NCBI RefSeq assembly: GCF_024700885.2
Contig: NZ_CP117016.1
Source: Escherichia coli
GTDB taxonomy: Bacteria > Pseudomonadota > Gammaproteobacteria > Enterobacterales > Enterobacteriaceae
Direction: 5' to 3' (one strand)
Length of the DNA stretch: 64,000 nucleotides
A program made the translations under genes and the position numbers. The notes below the pieces were generated by a model. It was not told the DNA's origin and did not search any database. It saw only the letters and a program-made list of their open reading frames with translations. Within the stretch, counting starts at the first letter, position 1, and every line of letters begins with the position of its first letter. Positions 21,337-31,945 of the stretch are shown here, one piece after another.

Positions 21337-22001
21337 AACAGTTTAGCTATTGCCCGACACACTCAACGCATCCTCCGTTCTGTTATGACTTTCACTATGT
21401 CAAATCGGGGATGGTCGCCATCTTTGGTGACAACGGCAGTGGCAAAAGTACGCTGGCACAGCTGATGGCGGGCTGGTATCCGGACTTTCTGCCAGGAGAG
21501 ATAACCGGCACGGGGACGCTTCTCGGTACGCCCATTGGGCATCTCCCGCTTAATGAACAATCCGCCACCATCCAGCTCGTTCAGCAATCGCCCTATTTGC
21601 AGCTCTCCGGCTGTACCTTTAGCGTGGAAGAAGAAGTTGCCTTTGGGCCAGAAAATCTGTGTCTTGCTGAAGAAGAGATTATGGCGCGGATTGATGCCGC
21701 CCTGACTCTGACCGAGTGCCAGCCGTTGCGGCATCGTCACCCGGCAACACTCTCCGGTGGAGAGACACAGCGCGTGGTCATCGCCTGCGCCATCGCGATG
21801 CAGCCAAAACTATTAATTCTTGATGAAGCCTTTAGTCGCCTGACGCCGCAGGCCAGCGAAATGCTGTTGCAGCGCTTACAACACTGGGCGTTTGAACGTG
21901 GTTCGCTGATTATTCTTTTTGAACGTCATCGCACACCTTTCCTGAACTACTGCCAGCAAGCGTGGCAACTGCAAAACGGAGCGCTCCAGCCACTATGCTA
22001 A
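21318..22001 (+). CDS. ABC/ECF ATPase component A
   Basis: 227 aa; Walker A GDNGSGKST, signature LSGGETQR, Walker B LLILDEA. Confidence 0.8.
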   Translation: MDMVTLEQFSYCPTHSTHPPFCYDFHYVKSGMVAIFGDNGSGKSTLAQLMAGWYPDFLPGEITGTGTLLGTPIGHLPLNEQSATIQLVQQSPYLQLSGCTFSVEEEVAFGPENLCLAEEEIMARIDAALTLTECQPLRHRHPATLSGGETQRVVIACAIAMQPKLLILDEAFSRLTPQASEMLLQRLQHWAFERGSLIILFERHRTPFLNYCQQAWQLQNGALQPLC

Positions 22002-22672
22002 CGTTAAATCAGATATCTTATCGCTGGCCTGGCGCGGCAACGGATTGTCTTTGCGACATTTCTCTGCAACTCAAACAAGGCGAATGGCTGGCGCTGACCG
22101 GCGACAATGGCGCGGGAAAATCGACGCTGTTACGAGTAATGGCAGGTCTTCTTCCGCCCACAGCCGGTACGGTTATGCTGCAACAACAGGCGATGAAAAA
22201 CCTGAAAAACCGCCAACGTGCAGCAAAGATTGGCGTACTGTTTCAGGAAGCGGAAAACCAGCTTTTTCACAGCACCGTCGCCGACGAGATCGCATTTGGT
22301 TTGAAACTGCAAAAATGCCCGGCGGATGAAATCACTCAACGTACCCATGCTGCCCTGCAATGCTGTCAGTTAGCAGACACTGCCAGCGCGCATCCGTTAG
22401 ATCTGCATAGTGCGCAGCGACGGATGGTCGCCGTCGCCTGCCTGGAAGCACTCTCTCCGCCGCTATTGCTGCTGGACGAGCCGAGTCGGGATTTTGACGA
22501 AAATTGGATGAGCGTGTTTGAAAGCTGGCTGGAAAAGTGCCGTCAGCGAGGCACGAGCGTCATAGCAATCAGTCATGACGCCGCATTTACCCGGCGTCAT
22601 TTCTCTCGGGTGGTGCGACTGGAAGATGGTGTAATCAGGAACGTTAATCCACCAGATGATATTCACCCGTAG
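21995..22672 (+). CDS. ABC/ECF ATPase component A' with degenerate signature motif
   Basis: ORF 21962..22672; likely start MLTLNQISYRW at 21995 (ATGCTAA overlap with upstream stop); Walker A GDNGAGKST, Walker B LLLLDEP, H-loop SHD, signature replaced by LHSAQ. Confidence 0.75.
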   Translation: MLTLNQISYRWPGAATDCLCDISLQLKQGEWLALTGDNGAGKSTLLRVMAGLLPPTAGTVMLQQQAMKNLKNRQRAAKIGVLFQEAENQLFHSTVADEIAFGLKLQKCPADEITQRTHAALQCCQLADTASAHPLDLHSAQRRMVAVACLEALSPPLLLLDEPSRDFDENWMSVFESWLEKCRQRGTSVIAISHDAAFTRRHFSRVVRLEDGVIRNVNPPDDIHP

Positions 22673-23357
22673 CGGTCATCATTAAGGTCAAATTTGCAGG
22701 CAGACTCTCTTCCAGCACCCGGCGAACATTCGGCCCATCGGTACGGTCATAAAAGGCATCTGCGTCTGCCAGCGATAACCCTCCCGCCAGCTTGCGCCCC
22801 ACCAGTCGTTCCCGCAACGCAGTAGCTGGCGCGTTGATAAAGATCGAGAAATCACAAAATTGCGCAAGCTGGCACCACTTCTCGTCGTCCAGCAACAACC
22901 AGTTTCCTTCGACGATGACGAGTGGTGCGGTAACGTGCAACGCATCTTCAACAGGATCATGCTTTTGTCGATCGTACTGTGGCCACGTACAATCCCCTTC
23001 CACGACCTGGCGCAGGTTTTCCGCCAGTTTCGCTACATTGAATGTCTCTGGTGCGCCTTTGAAGGGGCGCAATTGATGCGCATCCAGCCAGCTATTGTAA
23101 TGGTGAAAACCATCCATCGGCAGCGTCTGTATAGCGGGTAGTTCCGGGTCTTGTTGCGCGAGATATTCCCAGAAGGTGGTTAGGGTAGATTTACCCGTCC
23201 CCGGCGGAGCGCAAAGAAAAACCACCGTACGCCGCTGCGGATTTACCGTCTGTAAGGCCGCCAACATGCGCAGCAACGGTTTATGTACATTTTCTATCTC
23301 ATCAACATGGTACTGTGCTTGTACCTTCAGACCATTCACCGTTAATTCAATTTTCAC
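22644..23357 (-). CDS. yggC: P-loop kinase-like protein YggC
   Basis: 237 aa, P-loop APPGTGKST. Confidence 0.9.
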   Translation of the reverse strand: MKIELTVNGLKVQAQYHVDEIENVHKPLLRMLAALQTVNPQRRTVVFLCAPPGTGKSTLTTFWEYLAQQDPELPAIQTLPMDGFHHYNSWLDAHQLRPFKGAPETFNVAKLAENLRQVVEGDCTWPQYDRQKHDPVEDALHVTAPLVIVEGNWLLLDDEKWCQLAQFCDFSIFINAPATALRERLVGRKLAGGLSLADADAFYDRTDGPNVRRVLEESLPANLTLMMTATGEYHLVD

Positions 23358-23863
23358 GGCGTTAATTCCTTTAAGGTGGTCGTTACTGCCAGCGTCAGCG
23401 CCGTTTTGACCATCCCGCTAAAACGCGCCTCTGACCAGACGGCGAAATCGGCGAACTTCATCGCTTTCAACGCGTCATAGAGCGTCGCATTGCGGGTTAT
23501 GCTATTGACGTTGCTGATAAAATCCCAGGTCATATCATCGGCAAATCCGGGCATTTCATTCTGTTCGTTCAGGTAATGCCAGAACTGGGAAAAGTGCGTG
23601 ATATCGGCGTACAGCCATTTATCCATTTTCCCCAGCGCATAAATCAAACGCAGTGCAACATCAATATCGTCAAGCGGGCCGCTTTGGGCGAGTAACGGCT
23701 TCACTGCATATTCGACGATCTCTTCATCGTTATCGACAAACAGCGACGGTAGAAACTGGCGTATCCCCTGGAGCAAAATAGAATGCGCCGTTTTCATAAA
23801 TGAAAATAAATTGTCCTGTGCCTCCAGTTGCTCAAGCACATCATCTTCTGTCAGCGTCGCCAT
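23354..23863 (-). CDS. yggD: MtlR-like regulator YggD (FumE)
   Basis: 169 aa, matches YggD. Confidence 0.88.
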   Translation of the reverse strand: MATLTEDDVLEQLEAQDNLFSFMKTAHSILLQGIRQFLPSLFVDNDEEIVEYAVKPLLAQSGPLDDIDVALRLIYALGKMDKWLYADITHFSQFWHYLNEQNEMPGFADDMTWDFISNVNSITRNATLYDALKAMKFADFAVWSEARFSGMVKTALTLAVTTTLKELTP

Positions 23864-23884
23864 TGGTCTTCCGATAGATCACCA

Positions 23885-24850
23885 TCAATGCAGGGAGTCT
23901 ATTATATTACACGTTTGGTCCGCGCCGCCGATCAGTAATGTCTGCGTCCGCACCCCATTCGCCGTCTGTTGGATACCGTTCACCAACTCGCCGCCCGTCA
24001 CGCCCGTAGCGCTAAAGAGGATATCGTTCCCCCTCACCAGTTCATCGAGCGAGTACACACGGTTAACGTCAACGCCCATTTCCTTGCAACGCTTGCGCTC
24101 CTGCTCTGCAATCTGCCGATTTTCCGTGTAATCCCCTTTAGCCTGACAAAAGTCAATCAGCTCGGCCTGCATATCCCCGCCTAATGCTTTAACGGCACAG
24201 GCAGAAATCACGCCCTCCGGCGCACCGCCGATGGTGTACATCACATCGTAAGGATTATCCTGCCAGCAGGTCAGCACGCTGGCGGCGACATCGCCATCCG
24301 GCAGGGCAAAAACCTTCACGCCCAGCTGTGTTGCTTCCTCAATTGCGGTACTCAGGCGCGGTTTATCCAGCGTAACCATGCGCAGTTTGTCCAGCGGTTT
24401 GCCTAACGCTTTCGCCACGTTTCGCAAGTTGTCCGCCAGAGGCAAAGACAGATCAATCGCCCCGGCAGCCTGTCGATTAACAACCAGCTTTTTCATATAC
24501 ATATCGGGCGCATGTAACAGGCTATCCCGAGGTGCGAAAGCCATGACCGCCAGCGCATTGCTCTGCCCCATCGCCACCATCCGGGTGCCTTCAATCGGGT
24601 CAACCGCGATATCGACTTCTGGCCCATCGCCTTTGCCCACCTCTTCGCCAATCCACAGCATCGGCGCATGGTCAATCTCTCCCTCGCCGATAACCACTCG
24701 CCCACGAAAAGCGACGTCGTTTAATGCCTGGCGCATCGCGGTGACCGCCAGGCCATCAATTTTATTTTTGTCGCCACATCCGGTTTGCGGCCAGGCAGCC
24801 AACGCTGCCTGTTCCGTAACGCGAAATAATGGCCACGCCAGGGACATCAT
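23885..24850 (-). CDS. yggF: fructose-1,6-bisphosphatase class II (GlpX paralogue)
   Basis: 321 aa GlpX-like. Confidence 0.9.
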   Translation of the reverse strand: MMSLAWPLFRVTEQAALAAWPQTGCGDKNKIDGLAVTAMRQALNDVAFRGRVVIGEGEIDHAPMLWIGEEVGKGDGPEVDIAVDPIEGTRMVAMGQSNALAVMAFAPRDSLLHAPDMYMKKLVVNRQAAGAIDLSLPLADNLRNVAKALGKPLDKLRMVTLDKPRLSTAIEEATQLGVKVFALPDGDVAASVLTCWQDNPYDVMYTIGGAPEGVISACAVKALGGDMQAELIDFCQAKGDYTENRQIAEQERKRCKEMGVDVNRVYSLDELVRGNDILFSATGVTGGELVNGIQQTANGVRTQTLLIGGADQTCNIIDSLH

Positions 24851-26124
24851 TGCGCGGCCTCCCCAATATCAACGCCAAATTGCGCCAGCAGATATTTCTC
24901 GGCCTGTTCATTCCAGATACCGTGCGTTTCCTCAACCAGCCGCGCCAGTTCTTTAAACAGCGGATCGGTTTTGCCTTTTTCGGCAAAATCGGCAATGGCA
25001 GTCAGCGGCATGGTCACGCCGTTATAAATGAGTTTTTTACCTCCGGGGATATCCGGCAGATTGAGCACGGTTTCTGGCACTGCATCCAGGCCACCGATAT
25101 GGGTCACCATAAACGACGGCTGTAACTGCCCCGTGGCGCTAAGCGCAATCGCCTCTTTCATGTCGTCCGTTGAACCGCCGGACGTACCGACGACATGCGT
25201 GCTGTTGTAATGGACGTTGTAGAAATTAAACGGCACTTTGAAGTTTTTATCCGTCGGCCCGGCAAAGAAGTTCAGGCAGCCATCTTCCGCCAGTAATTCA
25301 TCAGCCATCTCGACGACTGAAGGCACCGCTGCATAGACAAATACGTCATCAAATCCGGCATCATCCGTCAGCGCCCGCAGCGTCTGGACCGGATCGCTCA
25401 TCCCTTTGGTATTCACATACACCAGCTCAATGCCTTTACTGGCCGCCAGTTCCACCGGCAGCAGCTTTTGTACCTGCGCCAGGCGTTTGTCGTCGATATC
25501 GACCACCACCACCCGCGACGGTTGTATGCCGCCGTTAATAGCATAATCGATAGCGCCAATGCCCATCGGACCTGCACACGCCAGCAGCGCAATATTGCCG
25601 CCAGGTTTAACGCCCATGCGATGCTCATAAACATATTGCGTGGTGTGATAATTGGCATGATAAGCGCCAATAATGCAGCACATAGGCTCTGCCAGCGACG
25701 CCGCAGCAAAATAAGAGCCGTGGTACGGTAATACGCAGCCCAGGTTAATGGCGATCTCGGGAATAATCATATAGGTGGCGTTACCGCCAAAATATTCGTA
25801 GCTGTAGCCCGCTGAATATCCGCTTGGTAACCCCATCGCCGGTTGCAATACAAAACGCTGGCCTTTTTTATATTTGCCGGTGAGATTTTTACCCACTTCA
25901 ACAATAACCCCGGCACATTCATGCCCGGTAATGACCGGATGATTTTCTAAATCGTCGGGTACGCGTTTATGTTCACTACCGAGTAACGCCGCTTTCCAGG
26001 TCGATAAACAGACGCTGTCAGAAATTACACTCACTAACAGTTCATTATCGGTAATTTCTGGCAGTTCAAATTCGCGCAGACGGACATCCCGCTTGCCATA
26101 AATAGCAGCAACTTTGGTTTTCAT
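24847..26124 (-). CDS. yggP: zinc-type alcohol/polyol dehydrogenase-like protein
   Basis: 425 aa MDR-family dehydrogenase. Confidence 0.88.
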   Translation of the reverse strand: MKTKVAAIYGKRDVRLREFELPEITDNELLVSVISDSVCLSTWKAALLGSEHKRVPDDLENHPVITGHECAGVIVEVGKNLTGKYKKGQRFVLQPAMGLPSGYSAGYSYEYFGGNATYMIIPEIAINLGCVLPYHGSYFAAASLAEPMCCIIGAYHANYHTTQYVYEHRMGVKPGGNIALLACAGPMGIGAIDYAINGGIQPSRVVVVDIDDKRLAQVQKLLPVELAASKGIELVYVNTKGMSDPVQTLRALTDDAGFDDVFVYAAVPSVVEMADELLAEDGCLNFFAGPTDKNFKVPFNFYNVHYNSTHVVGTSGGSTDDMKEAIALSATGQLQPSFMVTHIGGLDAVPETVLNLPDIPGGKKLIYNGVTMPLTAIADFAEKGKTDPLFKELARLVEETHGIWNEQAEKYLLAQFGVDIGEAAQ

Positions 26125-26138
26125 TTTTACCTCGGCAA

Positions 26139-27527
26139 TCAGTTTTTATGTTCGGCGGTTAATTGATTAAATAAAGTGTCGAGTTTTGGATCGCCAATAT
26201 AGTTATTAATCAGTATCAGCGGTTTATCCGTCACACGTTTCACGCGCCCTTCCAGACTGGCATGAGTAACAACGATATCCGCATCCGCAGGCACGTTTTC
26301 TATCGCGTAATGTTTTACTTCAATTGCCAGCCCCGCTTTTTCCAGACGTTTACGGAAGGTGGTTGCGCCCATCGCGCTGGAGCCCATCCCCGCATCGCAA
26401 ACAAAGGCGATACGCTTAACCCTGCTTAACGAGAATGCACCCTCTTGTTTCATCGCCTTAACCGCATTGGCTGACTGAGCAAACTCATCTTCGCTCTCCG
26501 TTTCCACCGTTTTTTCCATCTTCAGTATCAGCGAAGTGATAGCAAAGGACACCAGGGTACCTACCGTAACACCGGCAATTGTCGCCAGGAACGAGCCTTT
26601 CGGCGTCAGTGCCAGGTAAGCAAAAATAGAGCCAGGGCTTGGGCCAGCCACCAAACCGCCATCAAGTAAGTTAAACATCCAGGTGCCAGACATACCGCCC
26701 GCAATCATGGCAATAATGGTCAGTGGCTTCATCAGCACATATGGGAAATACAGTTCGTGGATCCCACCGAGGAAGTGAATAATCATCGCGCCAGGCGCAG
26801 AACGCTTACTCATCCCTTTACCAAACAAGGTAAACGCCAGCAGCAGCCCCAGGCCAGGACCTGGATTAGAGGCCACCATAAAGAAGATGGATTTGCCGTT
26901 AACTGATGCCTGTTGCATTCCCAGCGGATAATAGACGCCCTGATCGATCGCATTATTAAGGAAAAGCACTTTCGCCGGTTCATTGATGACTGACAGCAAA
27001 GGCAGATAACCCGCATGTACCAGCGCCTCAATACACTCTTTGACGAAAGTATTGGCAATTAACACCGCCGGGCCGATCACTTCAAAACCCAGCAGACAAA
27101 GGAGCATCCCCGCGATACCTAATGAGAAGTTATTGATAACCATCTCAAAACCGGCAGGTATGCGTTTTTCCAGTGCCTTATCAACATATTTTATGACCAG
27201 ACCACCGAGCGGCCCCATAATCATTGAGCCAAGGAACATCGGGATCTCTGCGCCGACGATCACACCAATAGTACCAATTCCGCCCATGACCGCGCCGCGT
27301 TTACCGCCGACCAGATGACCACCGGTAGAACCAATCATCACGGGCAATAAATAGGTAATCATCGGGCCGACAATTTTGGCGAAATGTTCGTTAGGCAGCC
27401 AACCGGTGGGAATAAATAACGCAGTAATAAAACCCCAGGCAATAAAAGCACCAATATTGGGGATGACCATTGCCGTCAAAAAGCCCCCAAAAGCCTGGAC
27501 CTTTGCACGAGCAGACTTGTTTTCCAT
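26139..27527 (-). CDS. cmtA: PTS mannitol-type EIICB (cryptic)
   Basis: 462 aa EIIC membrane domain plus EIIB. Confidence 0.9.
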   Translation of the reverse strand: MENKSARAKVQAFGGFLTAMVIPNIGAFIAWGFITALFIPTGWLPNEHFAKIVGPMITYLLPVMIGSTGGHLVGGKRGAVMGGIGTIGVIVGAEIPMFLGSMIMGPLGGLVIKYVDKALEKRIPAGFEMVINNFSLGIAGMLLCLLGFEVIGPAVLIANTFVKECIEALVHAGYLPLLSVINEPAKVLFLNNAIDQGVYYPLGMQQASVNGKSIFFMVASNPGPGLGLLLAFTLFGKGMSKRSAPGAMIIHFLGGIHELYFPYVLMKPLTIIAMIAGGMSGTWMFNLLDGGLVAGPSPGSIFAYLALTPKGSFLATIAGVTVGTLVSFAITSLILKMEKTVETESEDEFAQSANAVKAMKQEGAFSLSRVKRIAFVCDAGMGSSAMGATTFRKRLEKAGLAIEVKHYAIENVPADADIVVTHASLEGRVKRVTDKPLILINNYIGDPKLDTLFNQLTAEHKN

Positions 27528-27554
27528 AATATTATCCTGTAGAGGAGAGAGTAA

Positions 27555-27998
27555 TTATCCGCGGCTGATTATGTCCGCTAATTGTTTTTCTGATGCTGCT
27601 GTTAATAATTGGTTGAGTATTTCTTCTTCACACAATAATTCACTTAACGCCTGAATAGCGCCAATGTGCGAATCGGCATCGGCAGCAGAAAGGCCGATGA
27701 GTAATTTTATCGGTTCGTCATTCCCCGGAAAATAAACACCTTGTTTAAGTAACGTTAAAGACATCCCGGTTTTAAGCGCCCCACATTCCGGTCGAGCATG
27801 AGGCATTGCCACGCCTGGTGCGAGAATATAATAAGGACCATTGCTGATGGTGGAGTCTTTAATAGACTGAATGTAATTCTCGCTGATATAGTTTTTATCC
27901 AGCAATGATGCCATCGAGAAATCGATAGCTTCCTGCCAGTCTTTTGCTGAATGTATAACTGAAATTGATAATTCTGGAAAATAATTAATAAGCCGCAT
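27555..27998 (-). CDS. cmtB: PTS mannitol-type EIIA (cryptic)
   Basis: 147 aa EIIA. Confidence 0.9.
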   Translation of the reverse strand: MRLINYFPELSISVIHSAKDWQEAIDFSMASLLDKNYISENYIQSIKDSTISNGPYYILAPGVAMPHARPECGALKTGMSLTLLKQGVYFPGNDEPIKLLIGLSAADADSHIGAIQALSELLCEEEILNQLLTAASEKQLADIISRG

Positions 27999-28374
27999 AA
28001 ATTATCCTTATTTTATTTTTAGGGTGCCGTCCGGCGGTAAAAATAAAATACTCGTGCAGTTTAATGAAAGCAATTGGGTACGCGAGAAGAAAAAACCCAT
28101 GAGCCAAAATAATAAAACTTTAAATAACAACAACATGAAATCAATAATTACAAAGTCAACTTTGTATTTGTTATGTTTATCACAAAATCAACACTTTGTT
28201 TGTTGTTGTATTTGTGATGCATATCGCCATTTATTTATTGAATGTTCGAAAACATATTTTTTTAATGCAATGTTTTTTCGCTATACCCCTTTATAGATTC
28301 TGAATTCTCACCTGTCGGCTATTTTATCCTCACCTCATGTGACATATTCCCCACTTTACTCAAGGAAGATTCAT

Positions 28375-29283
28375 ATGAAAGCACCTGTTTCAATAACCTC
28401 ATTTCGCCCACAAAAATCTATTGCTATCGTCATTGGCGTGCTTGCCGTGGTTGTGCTGCCATTTCTCTCGTATTACACCGTTAATGAAGGTGAACGCGGC
28501 ATTTTGCTGCGCTACGGAAAAATCGTAAAAGTTGCCGAGCCGGGTCTGGGTTTTAAGATCCCTTTTATGGAAAGCGTGGAGAAAATTTCCACGCGTAATC
28601 AGGCTGTGGTTTATCAGGGATTACAGGCCTACAGCCGCGACCAGCAACCGGCACAAATGACAGTATCAGTCAGCTTCCACATTAAACCTTCAGAAGCTGG
28701 CGCAGTTTATACAACCTACAACACCATTGAATCTTTAAAAGAGCGTCTGATCGTCCGCCAGCTGCCAACCCAACTGGAGAACGTTTTCGGGCAATATACC
28801 GCCATTAGCGCGGTACAAGATCGTACGAAACTGGTGCAGGATCTGCAAAACGCGATGCGTAAAGCCGTTGTTGGCCCGGTGGTGATTGATGGTGTTCAGA
28901 TTGAAAATATTGATTTTTCTGACGCTTATGAAAAATCGATTGAAGATCGAATGAAAGCAGAAGTCGCCATTGCCACACGTAAGCAAAATCTGGAAACAGA
29001 GAAAATCCAGGCGCAAATAGCGGTAACTCAGGCCCAGGCAGAAGCAGACAGTAAACTGGCGGCAGCCAAAGCAGAAGCTGAGACTATTCGCGTAAGAGGC
29101 GCGGCAGAGGCTGAAACTATTCGTTTAAAAAGTGCGGCTGAAGCAGAAGCAATCCGCCTGCGCGGTGAAGCTCTGCGGGATAATCCCGGACTTGTAGCCC
29201 TTACCACTGCAGAGCGTTGGGACGGTAAACTGCCCGATACCATGATCCCCGGCAGTACAGTTCCGTTTATCTCTACTAAGTAA
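28375..29283 (+). CDS. SPFH/band-7 (prohibitin/HflC-like) membrane protein
   Basis: ORF 28339..29283; probable start MKAPVSITS at 28375 (AAGGAAG SD); N-terminal TM then SPFH domain; C-terminal 11-aa repeats AEAETIRVRGA x3. Confidence 0.75.
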   Translation: MKAPVSITSFRPQKSIAIVIGVLAVVVLPFLSYYTVNEGERGILLRYGKIVKVAEPGLGFKIPFMESVEKISTRNQAVVYQGLQAYSRDQQPAQMTVSVSFHIKPSEAGAVYTTYNTIESLKERLIVRQLPTQLENVFGQYTAISAVQDRTKLVQDLQNAMRKAVVGPVVIDGVQIENIDFSDAYEKSIEDRMKAEVAIATRKQNLETEKIQAQIAVTQAQAEADSKLAAAKAEAETIRVRGAAEAETIRLKSAAEAEAIRLRGEALRDNPGLVALTTAERWDGKLPDTMIPGSTVPFISTK

Positions 29284-29288
29284 AAAAA

Positions 29289-29654
<366 letters not shown>

Positions 29655-29676
29655 TTCTCACAAAGCATCTTACCGA

Positions 29677-31668
29677 TTACAGCAGTTCTTTTGCTTTCGC
29701 AACAACGTTGTCAACGGTGAAGCCGAACTCTTCAAACAGCAGCTCTGCCGGAGCAGATTCACCAAAGGTGGTCATGCCGACGATAGCACCGTTCAGGCCA
29801 ACATACTTGTACCAGTAGTCAGCAATGCCAGCTTCCACCGCAACGCGTGCAGTAACCGCTTTCGGCAGTACAGACTCACGGTAAGCCGCATCCTGCTTGT
29901 CGAATGCGTCAGTAGACGGCATGGAAACCACGCGCGCTTTCACGCCTTCGGCAGTCAGTTTTTCGTAGGCAGCAACCGCCAGTTCAACTTCAGAACCGGT
30001 CGCGATGAAAATCAGTTCCGGCTGACCGGCACAGTCTTTCAGCACATAACCACCGCGCGCGATGTTTGCCAGCTGCTCTTCAGTACGTTCCTGCTGCGCC
30101 AGGTTCTGACGGGAGAGGATAAGCGCAGTTGGGCCGTCCTGACGCTCAACGCCGTATTTCCACGCGACCGCGGATTCAACCTGGTCACATGGACGCCATG
30201 TGGACATGTTCGGGGTCACGCGCAGAGAAGCCACCTGCTCAACCGGCTGGTGAGTCGGGCCATCTTCGCCCAGACCGATGGAGTCGTGGGTGTAAACCAT
30301 CACCTGACGCTGTTTCATCAGCGCAGCCATACGTACGGCGTTACGTGCGTATTCCACGAACATCAGGAAGGTGGAGGTGTACGGCAGGAAACCACCGTGC
30401 AGGGAGATACCGTTAGCAATCGCGGTCATACCGAACTCGCGAACACCGTAGTGGATGTAGTTACCCGCAGCATCTTCGTTGATTGCTTTAGAACCAGACC
30501 ACAGGGTCAGGTTAGACGGTGCCAGGTCAGCAGAGCCGCCGAGGAATTCCGGCAACAGCGGACCGAAAGCTTCAATCGCATTCTGAGACGCTTTACGGCT
30601 GGCGATTTTCGCCGGATTAGCCTGCAGTTTAGCGATGAACTCTTTCGCTTTGGCGTCGAAGTCAGACGGCATTTCGCCTTTCATACGGCGGGTAAATTCA
30701 GCGGCTTCCTGCGGATAAGCTTTCGCGTAAGCAGCGAATTTCTCGTTCCATGCGGATTCTTTCGCCTGGCCTGCTTCTTTCGCATCCCACTGAGCATAGA
30801 TTTCAGACGGGATTTCGAACGGTGCATATTTCCAGCCCAGCTGTTCGCGGGTCAGGGCGATTTCAGCGTCGCCCAGCGGCGCACCGTGGGAGTCGTGCGT
30901 ACCGGCTTTGTTCGGTGAACCGAAACCGATGATGGTTTTGCACATCAGCAGGGACGGTTTGTCAGTCACTGCGCGCGCTTCTTCTACTGCGCGTTTGATG
31001 GATGCCGCGTCATGACCGTCGATGCCGCGAATAACGTGCCAGCCGTAGGCTTCGAAACGCATTGCGGTGTCGTCGGTGAACCAGCCTTCAACGTGACCAT
31101 CGATAGAGATACCGTTGTCATCGTAGAACGCAATCAGTTTACCCAGCTTCAGCGTACCCGCCAGAGAACAAACTTCGTGGGAGATGCCTTCCATCATGCA
31201 GCCGTCGCCCATGAAGGCGTAGGTGTAGTGGTCGACGATGTCGTGGCCCGGACGGTTAAACTGCGCCGCCAGCGTTTTTTCTGCAATCGCCATACCGACT
31301 GCGTTGGCAATACCCTGACCCAGCGGACCTGTAGTGGTTTCCACGCCAGCGGTGTAACCCACTTCCGGGTGGCCCGGAGTTTTAGAGTGCAGCTGACGGA
31401 AGTTTTTCAGTTCTTCCATCGGCAGATCGTAACCGGTGAGGTGCAGCAGGCTGTAGATCAGCATGGAGCCGTGGCCGTTGGACAGCACGAAGCGGTCACG
31501 GTCAGCCCAGGACGGATTCTGCGGGTTGTGTTTCAGGAAATCACGCCACAGGACTTCGGCAATGTCAGCCATACCCATAGGGGCACCCGGGTGACCGGAT
31601 TTGGCTTTCTGTACTGCGTCCATGCTCAGCGCACGAATAGCATTGGCAAGCTCTTTACGTGAGGACAT
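29677..31668 (-). CDS. tktA: transketolase 1
   Basis: ORF 29677..31698; start at [22 protein letters not shown]; 663 aa. Confidence 0.95.
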   Translation of the reverse strand: MSSRKELANAIRALSMDAVQKAKSGHPGAPMGMADIAEVLWRDFLKHNPQNPSWADRDRFVLSNGHGSMLIYSLLHLTGYDLPMEELKNFRQLHSKTPGHPEVGYTAGVETTTGPLGQGIANAVGMAIAEKTLAAQFNRPGHDIVDHYTYAFMGDGCMMEGISHEVCSLAGTLKLGKLIAFYDDNGISIDGHVEGWFTDDTAMRFEAYGWHVIRGIDGHDAASIKRAVEEARAVTDKPSLLMCKTIIGFGSPNKAGTHDSHGAPLGDAEIALTREQLGWKYAPFEIPSEIYAQWDAKEAGQAKESAWNEKFAAYAKAYPQEAAEFTRRMKGEMPSDFDAKAKEFIAKLQANPAKIASRKASQNAIEAFGPLLPEFLGGSADLAPSNLTLWSGSKAINEDAAGNYIHYGVREFGMTAIANGISLHGGFLPYTSTFLMFVEYARNAVRMAALMKQRQVMVYTHDSIGLGEDGPTHQPVEQVASLRVTPNMSTWRPCDQVESAVAWKYGVERQDGPTALILSRQNLAQQERTEEQLANIARGGYVLKDCAGQPELIFIATGSEVELAVAAYEKLTAEGVKARVVSMPSTDAFDKQDAAYRESVLPKAVTARVAVEAGIADYWYKYVGLNGAIVGMTTFGESAPAELLFEEFGFTVDNVVAKAKELL

Positions 31669-31945
31669 TTTGACTCCAGATCGGATGATGAAGGGCACGC
31701 CCTTAACGACTTGACGACAGCGCGTTTTGGGCTACGCCGGAAAATTTGCCAACAATTTACCGCAAGCCGCGCGTCATGTACATGGAACATCCTTTTGCCG
31801 CTTCAGAAATCTCTGGATCATGCTCGCATGTTGCGCAATCTGCTCGCCCGTCCGCTGCGCTTTTCCTTATACTGAGACTAAGCGTCGATTCACCTGCAAA
31901 CGGCGCATTTTTAGAATAATCCTGACCTTGTGCGGAAGAGAAAAC

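Noticed and set aside
28024-28296. 90-codon ORF in the AT-rich region upstream of the SPFH gene
   Set aside because: Low-complexity, AT-driven composition (N/K/F-rich), no SD, and it sits in a probable divergent promoter region; most likely spurious.
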